DNA from: Candidatus Collierbacteria bacterium RIFOXYD2_FULL_45_13
GTDB lineage: Bacteria; Patescibacteriota; Microgenomatia; UBA1400; MFAQ01
Length of the DNA: 64,000 bases
NCBI GenBank assembly: GCA_001774685.1
Contig: MFAS01000001.1
Span: 415,557 to 479,556, forward strand
Direction: 5' to 3'
Position numbers and translations under genes: made by a program. Position 1 is the stretch's first letter, and each line of letters begins with the position of its first letter. Under the pieces are notes generated by a model. That model was not told the origin of the DNA. It searched no databases and saw nothing but the letters and a program-made list of their open reading frames with translations. This document shows, piece after piece, positions 1-8,881 of this stretch.

Positions 1-1308
1 TCTGACTGGCTTATGTCTGATCCTTGGGAGGCTCGTTACAACGACGTCCCCATCACCTATACCGATGTCATCACCAGATTAGAAGCCTATTTGGCCAAAC
101 ATCTTCACGTAAACTTTCCGGTCGTGGTTTTTTATGTCTTTGGCGGTGATAATGCCCCTTTTGCCAGACTCTTTGCCAAGAAAGGAGGCTGTGTCTGTAT
201 CAAAAGACCGTCCCACGAAGATAGACTAGTCAGCATCAGCCACGACCCTTTGATCACCGGAAACAATAATATATTGATAGTTGATGCTTTTTACGACCAA
301 CCAAACATCTCCTCAACTGAGATTAGAAACGGGACCAAAGAAGGCCTTGCCTCTATCGACGCACTGCTTAAAGAATGGCAACATCAATATCCAAAGGCCT
401 CTGAAAACAAACAAAAATATATCTATGCCATCAGGAATGACTCACGATATGCCACCAAAATTTGGACCAGAAAAAATAGCGAGATTGACCTCACCCTAGC
501 TAGCCTAGAGTTTCTGGATAAACTATCAAGAAATTTAGAATTTGCATTTTCGAATTGCTCTAGTCCTGACATCCCCATTTTGGTTGAGCCCATACTAATC
601 GATCTCAATGATCAACAAAATTATGTGACTGTGCTAGAGCACAACAAGCCGATTATCAATCTAGATACATGTACTTTTAGTTCTCAAAAACTTGATTTTT
701 CTAGACTGTTTAGTTTGTGTGACGGTCAGTGTCGTTGGGAACGCCTAGTTTGTCGACCAGGAAGTGAATCGATGTCAAAGCAGTTTGCCGTCATTAAGCC
801 TGGGAAGTATGATTTGATAGACGACGACATTGCCACCGGCTATACAGTCAATTCAATCATGGAAATAGCGCCGAAAAATATAAAAATTGACAAACGGGTA
901 GGTTTGCTTCAGGAGTATTTAGACAAACACAAGGACCAGATAAATCCAAAGGGAGACAAAGAGCTCCTTGATATTGTTGATTTCCGGGATTTTTTAGTCG
1001 GCTCGCTGGATAGCGGACTGGTAGTTTCCATGCCTACCGGTGAGATAATTCGGGCTCCATATCTCCTTCCATACGTATCTCTGGTTTCCCGGGGTATGAT
1101 ACCGCCTTCCGTAGAGCTTTCGGTTTCCATGCAGATCTGGAAGCTAAACATTACCTTCCATAACTATTTAAAATCCGAGATCCTACTCGAAGACAGCGAT
1201 CCCTCCTTTATCAAACTCATGAAATATATCGGTTTCGACGACAAAACAAGAATGGTCGATATTTGCCGATGGCATCTAAACAGACTCCAAAAACTAGCCT
1301 TCAAATAG
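1..1308 (+). CDS. 5'-truncated nucleotidyltransferase (NadD/cytidylyltransferase-like) fused to a phosphoribosyltransferase-like domain
   Basis: The frame is open from base 1. It carries 'FGGDN' and 'NISSTEIR' (KMSKS-equivalent of HIGH-family NTases such as NadD) and a C-terminal 'LIDDDIATGYT' PRPP-binding loop. Confidence 0.6.
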   Translation, partial: SDWLMSDPWEARYNDVPITYTDVITRLEAYLAKHLHVNFPVVVFYVFGGDNAPFARLFAKKGGCVCIKRPSHEDRLVSISHDPLITGNNNILIVDAFYDQPNISSTEIRNGTKEGLASIDALLKEWQHQYPKASENKQKYIYAIRNDSRYATKIWTRKNSEIDLTLASLEFLDKLSRNLEFAFSNCSSPDIPILVEPILIDLNDQQNYVTVLEHNKPIINLDTCTFSSQKLDFSRLFSLCDGQCRWERLVCRPGSESMSKQFAVIKPGKYDLIDDDIATGYTVNSIMEIAPKNIKIDKRVGLLQEYLDKHKDQINPKGDKELLDIVDFRDFLVGSLDSGLVVSMPTGEIIRAPYLLPYVSLVSRGMIPPSVELSVSMQIWKLNITFHNYLKSEILLEDSDPSFIKLMKYIGFDDKTRMVDICRWHLNRLQKLAFK

Positions 1309-2461
1309 TTTTTTCCGGTAGCCTGTGTTTTTCTAAGAACTCACTCACTCTGTCTTCCAATGGTATCTGACCGACAGTGTTGTACTCTTCTTCTTTTTCC
1401 TTAAGATACTTTTCCTTGCATTCATGATCCAATGACATGAGATGCTCCATGTTTCTATCTTCGTTAAATCTTTCAATGGCATCAACCGTTCTCGTCGAAC
1501 AAACATCACAGTTCTTTGGGACTTCCGAGTCGGCATTACTTTCTTTTCTTAGCTCAGATATAACTACACGGGGGAAAGCATTTGGAGACTGAGCGGCACT
1601 TCTTTTTAGCACTTCAATAATGGTCCAAAGCCAAGGGGTACGGAATTTACCTTCCTTATTAAGTAAGGCCAATACTGTGTTTGGAGCTACTCTAGTGGCA
1701 CAAAGGATCGGATTCTGGATACCAAGTTCATGTAAATACTGGATCGATTTCACGGCATCCTCGATAGCCTCGTCATCAGTCAAAAAAGGAGGTTTGATCA
1801 TCAAGAACGCCTGAATCATGAAGTCGAACTCCTTGAGTAAAGCATAGGCCCGCTCAAAAGACTCTCTGGTAGTTGTAGTGTTTACTGATATGGCTCTAGT
1901 CAGATCGCTTGCTGATTGTAAACCTATCGCCACGATCAGCTTCTTATTTCCAATAATGTTTTTAGCCTCCTCCATTTTCTCTCTAGTCAGGAACTGGGGT
2001 AAAGATTCAACAAGCAAAAATTTGGCCTTGCTCTGCCTAAACAATTTATACATATGTTCCCGGCTTACAGGTGGTACCTCTGCGTCTGCAAAGAAATTGC
2101 CGTTCGTGTAAAGGGTCAGTAGGTCAAAGTCTGCGTCATCCGCGTCCTTCATCACACTATCAAACTGAGCCGAGATTTCTTCCGGCATGATGGGTCGTCT
2201 TTTACTATCAAGGGCTTCATTGGGTAGGGGACACATTAAACAAGTTGCGGCCGAGCACATGGGGGTCAGAAGTACGATTCTACGTCTTTTTACCATTTTG
2301 TCACCCAGCAGCACGTGATCATCTCTAGCCGACTGTGGAGCCGTAAGGCTAGCGTCCTCGGGGATAGTACTCACACGGATACCCCTAGCCAGTCTTGTTA
2401 GATCCCGCCTCATCAGGGCTATCTTCTCCGGGTTTTTAATATCGTCGTAGTTGTATTTCAT
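1301..2461 (-). CDS. Radical SAM protein, TIGR01210/RaSEA-like
   Basis: Cys motif CSAATCLMC; family-like segments 'AIGLQS', 'FLMIKPPFLTDDEAIEDAVKSI', 'PWLWTIIEVLK' and C-terminal 'KNCDVC'. Confidence 0.75.
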   Translation of the reverse strand: MKYNYDDIKNPEKIALMRRDLTRLARGIRVSTIPEDASLTAPQSARDDHVLLGDKMVKRRRIVLLTPMCSAATCLMCPLPNEALDSKRRPIMPEEISAQFDSVMKDADDADFDLLTLYTNGNFFADAEVPPVSREHMYKLFRQSKAKFLLVESLPQFLTREKMEEAKNIIGNKKLIVAIGLQSASDLTRAISVNTTTTRESFERAYALLKEFDFMIQAFLMIKPPFLTDDEAIEDAVKSIQYLHELGIQNPILCATRVAPNTVLALLNKEGKFRTPWLWTIIEVLKRSAAQSPNAFPRVVISELRKESNADSEVPKNCDVCSTRTVDAIERFNEDRNMEHLMSLDHECKEKYLKEKEEEYNTVGQIPLEDRVSEFLEKHRLPEKTI

Positions 2462-2500
2462 ATAATCTATAATCTATATTGTTAAATAATTTTAAGATAA

Positions 2501-3145
2501 ATGCAATCAAGTCTACACGAAACTGTCAAAGGCCCTGCTGTCGCGGTTGATACCGTAGTCTTTGGAATAGACGAAAAACAGCTAAAGGTCCTATTGCTCA
2601 AGATCAAAGGCGGGCCCTATAACGGCAAGTGGGCTTTACCAGGAGGACTGGTAAACTTGGGCGAGTCACCAGAAATAACCGCAACTAGAGTCCTTAAAAA
2701 CAAGACCAATATTCGTTCTGGATACCTGGAGCAGTTATATACTTTTGGTAATCCTGACCGAGACATGCGCGGTCAAGTTATTTCCGTTGCCCATATGCTG
2801 TTGGTCAATAATACCCAGTCTTACGATTTAATTGTCTCCGAACACTACACTGATATCCAATGGCTTCCCGTTTTAGAGCTCCCGGAAACGGCCTTCGATC
2901 ACTCACAGATTGTCGACTTTGCATTAGTGAGACTCAGAGGGAAAATGGCCTATTCAAACATTGCCGGCTCGTTTCTTCCGAAAGATTTTTCATTAAACGA
3001 ACTTAGGGAAATATACGAAGTAGTAATGAATAAGTCCTACGACCAAAAAACATTTGAAAACGAACTTTTATCCCACGGTCTTCTAATCGAATCAGATAAC
3101 GGGCTATATCATTTCAAGGCTGATTCGTTGTCCTATTTCGACTGA
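2501..3145 (+). CDS. NrtR-like Nudix-domain transcriptional regulator
   Basis: 'AVDTVVF..LKVLL..WALPGG', 'YLEQLYTFG.PDRD.RG', 'AFDH', 'RLRGK', C-terminal wHTH-like 'FSLNELREIYE'. The Nudix box lacks the REUXEE glutamates. Confidence 0.8.
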   Translation: MQSSLHETVKGPAVAVDTVVFGIDEKQLKVLLLKIKGGPYNGKWALPGGLVNLGESPEITATRVLKNKTNIRSGYLEQLYTFGNPDRDMRGQVISVAHMLLVNNTQSYDLIVSEHYTDIQWLPVLELPETAFDHSQIVDFALVRLRGKMAYSNIAGSFLPKDFSLNELREIYEVVMNKSYDQKTFENELLSHGLLIESDNGLYHFKADSLSYFD

Positions 3146-3809
3146 GTTTTCCCCTTAGCAGGATCAAAAATCCGATAGCCAAAGATAACAACCCAAATAT
3201 CATAGCCGTTGGCACTCCATTAATTCTCCAGATAATTTCATTCGGACGTATGCCTTCCAGTAATATTCTAATTACTCCATAGCCTATCAGATAGACGCCT
3301 AGTAATTTCCCCGAAAACGTCTTCTTTTTTCTCAGTGTCAAGAGGATTACAAAAAGAGATAGGTTTAATAATGCTTCGCAGGCAAAAAGCGGCTCACCGT
3401 TTTTGCCGTAAAGCTCGCCATTTACCCAGTTTCCCAGTCTTCCAATTGCCTGAGCTATCGGTGCGCCAATAGCCAAGGCCTCCAGCACCGGCCACACGTT
3501 TTTCTTTTTGAAATAACCATAGAGAAAAACACCAAATATCGCACCCAAAACCGCCCCCCATATTCCCAGCCCACCTTCCCAAACAGCCCAAATCTTCCCC
3601 AAATTATATTGATAATACCTATTCCAATAATCTACAACGTGGTACAGTCTCGCCCCCGCCACCCCTCCCACTAGTGCCCACAGAAGGGCTGTCTCAATTT
3701 CCTTCTTTATTTTAGGAAAAGCTAGCTGGGCGGCCTCTATACCCACCCACACACCCAAACCCAAAATGATACCGTACCCGTGCATGGTTACCCCCCAAAG
3801 GTCAAACAT
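3114..3809 (-). CDS. lgt: Prolipoprotein diacylglyceryl transferase
   Basis: 'GARLYHV', 'WEGGLGIWG', 'QAIGRLGNWVNGELYG' signatures; multi-pass membrane protein. Confidence 0.92.
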   Translation of the reverse strand: MFDLWGVTMHGYGIILGLGVWVGIEAAQLAFPKIKKEIETALLWALVGGVAGARLYHVVDYWNRYYQYNLGKIWAVWEGGLGIWGAVLGAIFGVFLYGYFKKKNVWPVLEALAIGAPIAQAIGRLGNWVNGELYGKNGEPLFACEALLNLSLFVILLTLRKKKTFSGKLLGVYLIGYGVIRILLEGIRPNEIIWRINGVPTAMIFGLLSLAIGFLILLRGKLSRNRTTNQP

Positions 3810-5043
3810 TTTTTAGAAAATCGACAATTTTCTCCGCCGAGATTATTTCGCTTTCCGAACTTTGTCTCATTTTTACCTCCACCCCACCCTTGTCCAAACT
3901 TCTCTGAGAAATTACCATGCGGACCGGACAACCAATCAAGTCTGCATCGGCAAACTTTTCCCCGGCGGTCACCCCTTCCCTGTCATCCCACAAAACCTCT
4001 ACACCCGCCTTCTTAAGGGAATTATAAACCTCCCCAGCTTTTTCTTTTTGTTGTAAATCAACCAGATGAACCAAGAAAGGAGCGACACTCTTTGGCCAGA
4101 CAATCCCTTTATCATCGTGAAACTTCTCTACAATCACTCCCATAGTCCGGCTAATCCCTATGCCGTAACAACCCATGATAGGAAATATATTTTCGCCATT
4201 TTTCCCCGTCACGTTCATTTCAAAAGCTTTGGAGTATTTTTGCCCTAAGTCAAAAACATTCCCTACCTCGGCAGCTTTTGCCGGTTTCAATTTGCTGCCC
4301 CCACATTTCGGACACAGATCACCTTCGGCATTGGTATGAATGTCGTCTACATTTACGCAAAATTCACAAGCTTCACAGTACAAAATATTAGCTTCTCCTG
4401 CATCTGTCAGCACCTCAAACTCGTACGAAACTTTTTCGGTAAAAGCACCACCTGACGCCTCGGTCACTTTGGCATCCAATCCGAGTCTCTTGAACACCTC
4501 AATGTAGGCAGCTTTTACCTTTTCATAATAACTGTCGAAATCTTCTTGAGATTCATGCCACGAGTACATATCCTTCATCAAAAACTCTCGGCCTCTTAAG
4601 ATTCCCGATTTGGCTCTCAGTTCGTCTCTAAACTTCCACTGAATGTGATAAGTGGCTCTTGGCAGATCCTTATACGAATGAATGAATTCTTTCATGAGAG
4701 GGGTAACTACTTCTTCCTGAGACTGCCCTAAGGCGTACTCTTTATCGGTTCTGCTTTTGAGTTTAAACAAGACATGTACGCTATCCCATCCTCCTGACTT
4801 CTTCCAAATTTCTGCTGGGTGCAACATTGGCATCAGTATCTCTTCACCTTCAATCTTATCCATTTCTTCACGCACAACTTGGCTGATTTTTCTCAACACC
4901 ATGAGGCCCATGGGTAAGTAGGTGTAGACACCTGCCATCAGTTGCCTCACAAAACCAGCCTGAACCAATAATTGGTGATTGATTGATTCGGACTCTTTAG
5001 AAACCGTCTTCTCGGGCTTCGCACCCATTCTGCTCATTTTCAT
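3802..5043 (-). CDS. proS: Prolyl-tRNA synthetase (short form, no INS editing domain)
   Basis: 'LLVQAGFVRQLMAGVY', 'KFRDELR..GILRGREFLMKDMYS', 'MGCYGIGISR', anticodon-binding domain. Confidence 0.95.
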   Translation of the reverse strand: MKMSRMGAKPEKTVSKESESINHQLLVQAGFVRQLMAGVYTYLPMGLMVLRKISQVVREEMDKIEGEEILMPMLHPAEIWKKSGGWDSVHVLFKLKSRTDKEYALGQSQEEVVTPLMKEFIHSYKDLPRATYHIQWKFRDELRAKSGILRGREFLMKDMYSWHESQEDFDSYYEKVKAAYIEVFKRLGLDAKVTEASGGAFTEKVSYEFEVLTDAGEANILYCEACEFCVNVDDIHTNAEGDLCPKCGGSKLKPAKAAEVGNVFDLGQKYSKAFEMNVTGKNGENIFPIMGCYGIGISRTMGVIVEKFHDDKGIVWPKSVAPFLVHLVDLQQKEKAGEVYNSLKKAGVEVLWDDREGVTAGEKFADADLIGCPVRMVISQRSLDKGGVEVKMRQSSESEIISAEKIVDFLKNV

Positions 5044-5065
5044 ACTGTTATTCTACCTCATCGCC

Positions 5066-5106
5066 GTCATTGCGAGGAGCAGGGCGACGTGGCAATCTCA
5101 CTCCAC
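5066..5106 (+). repeat. Dispersed palindromic repeat (GTCATTGCGA...GCAATCTCACTCCAC), copy A
   Basis: Seven related copies were found in the window; ATTGC/GCAAT inverted arms. Confidence 0.85.
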
Positions 5107-5126
5107 TACCTGTTATTATAAATTCA

Positions 5127-5975
5127 GTGATAACCCTTAGTCCCATTACCATTACCAAGGCTTCCGGTGAGCAAGAGCATTTTGATGAATCTAAGCTCGT
5201 AAAGTCTCTAGCCAAAACAGGACTTTCTGTCGACGTTGCCTCACAAACCGTTGACTACCTCAAGCGCCATCTCAGAACCGGCATTACCACCAAAGATATC
5301 CACGGGCACGTTTCCTTCTATCTCAAAGAAAATGCGCCGGTCAGCAACTACTACAACTACGGCCTCAAACGAGCCATTATGGATCTGGGTCCCTCGGGTC
5401 ACCCCTTCGAAACCATTGTGTCTGATGTTCTCTCGGAATACGGATACAAATCCGAAGTTGGCGTCATCGTTCTCGGTAAATGCGTTACTCACGAAATTGA
5501 TGTTGTGGCCAAAAAAGAGACGAAGCAATTTTTTATCGAGTGTAAATTCCACAACAGTCCCGGTGTCAAAACCGATGTTCAGGTTGCTCTCTACACCTAT
5601 GCTCGATTTTTGGACATCAAGTCGGCGATGGAGCAAAGTCACGGAACCAACATTACCTACTACCCATGGTTAGTTACAAACACCAAAGTGACTTCTGAGG
5701 TATTTGACTATGCGGGCTGTGTGGGTTTGGAGCTTACTTCCTGGCTACACCCACAAGGACACGGTATGTCGGATCTGATCATGGCCGCCGGGCTTCATCC
5801 TGTCACCTTGATTTACTCCATTCCCAGATTCAAAATCAACCAGCTTCTGGAGAGGGGAATCGTTACTTGCGCCAGACTTAAAAAGGCGATTGAAGAGAAC
5901 CAAGTCTCCGATATTCTTACTCACGAGGAAATAAATATGACTTTTCAGCATATCAAAGTAATATGTAAAACCTAA
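5127..5975 (+). CDS. ATP-cone domain plus Mrr-like restriction endonuclease domain protein
   Basis: N-terminal 'ITKASGEQEHFDESKL' ATP cone; 'HEIDVVA...IECKFH' PD-(D/E)xK motif. Start moved to GTG 5127 because the track's TTG start lies inside the repeat. Confidence 0.8.
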   Translation: MITLSPITITKASGEQEHFDESKLVKSLAKTGLSVDVASQTVDYLKRHLRTGITTKDIHGHVSFYLKENAPVSNYYNYGLKRAIMDLGPSGHPFETIVSDVLSEYGYKSEVGVIVLGKCVTHEIDVVAKKETKQFFIECKFHNSPGVKTDVQVALYTYARFLDIKSAMEQSHGTNITYYPWLVTNTKVTSEVFDYAGCVGLELTSWLHPQGHGMSDLIMAAGLHPVTLIYSIPRFKINQLLERGIVTCARLKKAIEENQVSDILTHEEINMTFQHIKVICKT

Positions 5976-5984
5976 TCGTAACAA

Positions 5985-6350
5985 ATGAATAATATATTTA
6001 TGCGAATCGTCATAGTTAGCCTTGCATTATTTGGAGTGTACAAAATGTTTCCTCAGATTTCGCAGCCCGTTGACTACTATGTCAAGAACCCTCAATTTCA
6101 AACTTCAGTGATCGTTCCGGCTGTGGGCTTAGCCAACAAAGTTCTCCCGGATAAGATTCAAATTCCCACCCCAAAAATTATGGGAGTCACTACCGAATAC
6201 ACTCAATCCCCAATTTCTTCGATCACGGAGGAAATAAGCAGACAGGCCGCTAGTGTCGCCGCCAGCCTAGTCGAGAAATCTTCCAAGGCAGTCTCTGAGC
6301 AGTTCTGTAACGCCCTCCTCGAAAAAATCAAATCCGAGTGCGGTAAATAG
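5985..6350 (+). CDS. Hypothetical membrane-anchored protein
   Basis: 121 aa, N-terminal TM helix, C-terminal Cys pair. Confidence 0.65.
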   Translation: MNNIFMRIVIVSLALFGVYKMFPQISQPVDYYVKNPQFQTSVIVPAVGLANKVLPDKIQIPTPKIMGVTTEYTQSPISSITEEISRQAASVAASLVEKSSKAVSEQFCNALLEKIKSECGK

Positions 6351-6373
6351 ATATTCGACATATCTTAAGTTCT

Positions 6374-6670
6374 TTACCCAACGGTCACCCCGATCATGTC
6401 CAGCTTAGGTAGATATCTCTTGATCTCATTTTTAAACTTCTCGGCCAATCCTGCTGAGTAAGTCGCATTCTGGGTATTCTCCATATGTCCACAGAGTTTG
6501 TTTTCATACAGGCGCACGATCTCCATAATTTTTTCCCCCTCGGCATTAAACTCCGCTTGGTGTTTTTGGGGATCTTTTTCATATCTATCGTGTAGCTCCT
6601 GAAAACTATCAAACTCGTTTTCATATTTAGTTACCATTTCTTCAAAAATTTCTTTGAACTTTGCAGCCAT
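6374..6670 (-). CDS. Conserved hypothetical helical protein
   Basis: ORF with charged helical composition; likely start MAAKFK at 6670. Confidence 0.65.
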   Translation of the reverse strand: MAAKFKEIFEEMVTKYENEFDSFQELHDRYEKDPQKHQAEFNAEGEKIMEIVRLYENKLCGHMENTQNATYSAGLAEKFKNEIKRYLPKLDMIGVTVG

Positions 6671-6715
6671 GGAAACAATGTTACCAAAACTCCACAAAAA
6701 ATGTACACTGTAATT

Positions 6716-7321
6716 ATGAAAAGGACAGTTATTGGATTGGTAGGCCCCATTGCCTCCGGGAAAGGCGAGGTAGCCAAATATCTTCGTGGTTTAGGTTTCA
6801 CCATCCTTAGTCTCTCGGATCGTGTCCGTGAAGAAGTTGACGCGCGTGGGTTACCAATGTCCAGAGAAAACCTTCAGAACGTCGGCAATGATCTCCGGGA
6901 AACTTTTGGTGGTCATATTTTGGCGGAAAGAACCTTGGAACTATTTGGTAACATCGAAGGCAACATTGTTATTGATTCCATTAGGAATCCCTCAGAGATT
7001 GAGTTTCTGAAGCAGACGCTCGACCTTACCGTTATCGGCATCGATGCTTCGCCGGAGCTCAGACTCGAGCGGTACTTGTACCGAGCAGCTCGGCGAGGAG
7101 AGGATCGGGTTTCCGAGTCAGATTTTATTCATTCCAACAGTCGGGACCTGGGCATTGGCGAAAGTGTTTTCGGTCAGCAAGTTGGTCGTTGTCTGGAAAT
7201 GGCTGATGTGGTCATCCAAAACGAAGACACCAAAAAACATTTACTGGAGGCGGTTGATTATTATCTGATTTCCGAGTTGAGTTTCAGCCCCGAAGGCGCT
7301 CGCCGAGCAAAAGAAAAATAA
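6716..7321 (+). CDS. P-loop nucleotide kinase, dephospho-CoA-kinase-like
   Basis: 'IGLVGPIASGKG' Walker A, 'VIDSIRNPSE', 'ADVVIQN'. Start at 6716 follows TACACT-N6. Confidence 0.75.
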   Translation: MKRTVIGLVGPIASGKGEVAKYLRGLGFTILSLSDRVREEVDARGLPMSRENLQNVGNDLRETFGGHILAERTLELFGNIEGNIVIDSIRNPSEIEFLKQTLDLTVIGIDASPELRLERYLYRAARRGEDRVSESDFIHSNSRDLGIGESVFGQQVGRCLEMADVVIQNEDTKKHLLEAVDYYLISELSFSPEGARRAKEK

Positions 7322-7345
7322 AAACCCCGCCAAAGGCGGGGCAAA
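7321..7345. terminator. Intrinsic terminator between convergent genes
   Basis: CCCCGCC-AAA-GGCGGGG hairpin with an upstream A tract. Confidence 0.7.
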
Positions 7346-7348
7346 GAA

Positions 7349-7645
7349 CTACAAATCGGTGCTCAGGCTACCATGAAGAGTTATGTGAATATCCTTAGTC
7401 GGAACTTTACCTTCAAGGGCGAGAAAGACCGCAAGCTTGATGGCGGACATGACGACAACCGCTTTAGTTGGTTTCAGATTGAAATCATGAAGGACAACGC
7501 TTACTCCTTTGGCGGTTTTTGCTGAGGAGGTCGAAACGGTGGTTTCAATCTTCGTTACTTTGATAATGGCCTTCTGAACTACAATCTCTACCAATTCCAC
7601 GGTCATCGCGGAGAAATCAGGAACATACAATGTCACATTTTTCAT
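7349..7645 (-). CDS. Hypothetical protein
   Basis: SD GAGGAG 5 nt before ATG 7645; followed by a terminator. Confidence 0.55.
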   Translation of the reverse strand: MKNVTLYVPDFSAMTVELVEIVVQKAIIKVTKIETTVSTSSAKTAKGVSVVLHDFNLKPTKAVVVMSAIKLAVFLALEGKVPTKDIHITLHGSLSTDL

Positions 7646-7716
7646 AGCTACTCCTCGTCTACACAGTTTTTTCAGGAACACCCGTATTCTACCAATCCCA
7701 TAGTACAAAAGCAAGC

Positions 7717-8034
7717 CTACTCCTCGGGTACGGCAGCGTATTTAGGCACGAACCTGTATCTCCAAGTAGCCTCTATATCTTCCTGATCGGAATATTCAAA
7801 GTCGAGATTCTCCCGCTCCATGACAGCGAAAAACTCCTCCCAGGAAATATCTTTGGTGGTGGCTCTTCCCGAGCTCAGCATTCTTTCATCTTTGTTTCCT
7901 GGCCAGTCGATCCTTAGTCCCACTTGATCTCTCACGATCTCGGAGTCGTTAATCATCGCCGGCTTGCCCTCATGCAGTACGACCCAGTTTCTAATTTCTT
8001 CGTTAGTTTGAGCTTTTCTATAGACTACTTCCAT
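7717..8034 (-). CDS. Conserved hypothetical protein
   Basis: The pattern 'EEIRNWV..GKPA..LRIDWPG..ISWEEFF..LDFEY' looks like a widespread small uncharacterised family. Confidence 0.7.
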   Translation of the reverse strand: MEVVYRKAQTNEEIRNWVVLHEGKPAMINDSEIVRDQVGLRIDWPGNKDERMLSSGRATTKDISWEEFFAVMERENLDFEYSDQEDIEATWRYRFVPKYAAVPEE

Positions 8035-8114
8035 AAAATAATATTAGCATTAATTCCTACTAAACCCCGAGTGTTGTCCAACCTTTTTTATTTGAGTTTT
8101 TGATTTTTTGCGTT

Positions 8115-8864
8115 TTAGAGTTTTTGAGTTTTTTCTTCCTGTCTATTTTTTTCATACAACACCAGAGCCGTGGCCACACTAACATTCAAAGATGCCACAG
8201 ATTTTTGCATAGGGATGTTGATAAAGAAGTCACACTCTTTTTGCAAAGGTTCGGATATTCCTTCGGACTCTCCTCCCATCAGAAAGGCTACCGGACCGGT
8301 CAGTTTTTGTTCATACATCGTCTTGCCCATTTCCACCTCTACTCCTACTACCGGTACGGCATATTCGTGAAGCATCTTTATTGCCTGAAACAAGCTCATC
8401 GGGATCAGGGGTACGTAGGCGGCTCCGCCCATGGAAACTTTGGCCACCACTGGTGTAATTTCATGCACTCCATTTGGAGACGCCACTACGGCGTCGACGC
8501 CGGCAGCCCACGCCGTTCTCAGTATCGCTCCCATATTCTGCTCATAGTCGATTCGATTTAGCAGCAAGATGAAACAATTCCTTTTGTTATCCAATATCTG
8601 TTTCAGGGAAATCACCTCCGGTACATCCATAAGGGCAATGACTCCTTGAGGGTTTCTCGACTCCGCCATTTTGTTCAGATCATCAGTCGGAATAGTTCGG
8701 ATTTGCACTCCTTTTTCTCTGGCCATTTTCTCAATCTCTTTGATCTTCGGGTCCCCGACTGATCCGAGCGCCAGCATCACCGTACCAATTTTTTGTCCGG
8801 AGGACAACCCATCTCTTACCATATTTCTGCCTTCCAAAGTTACGTAGTCTATCTGTTTTGCCAT
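8115..8864 (-). CDS. rlmB: TrmH/SpoU family rRNA methyltransferase (RlmB-like)
   Basis: 'NMGAILRTA', 'GGESEGI', 'IPM..VASLNVSVA' SPOUT motifs. Confidence 0.85.
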   Translation of the reverse strand: MAKQIDYVTLEGRNMVRDGLSSGQKIGTVMLALGSVGDPKIKEIEKMAREKGVQIRTIPTDDLNKMAESRNPQGVIALMDVPEVISLKQILDNKRNCFILLLNRIDYEQNMGAILRTAWAAGVDAVVASPNGVHEITPVVAKVSMGGAAYVPLIPMSLFQAIKMLHEYAVPVVGVEVEMGKTMYEQKLTGPVAFLMGGESEGISEPLQKECDFFINIPMQKSVASLNVSVATALVLYEKNRQEEKTQKL

Positions 8865-8881
8865 AGTTTATTATTATACTT

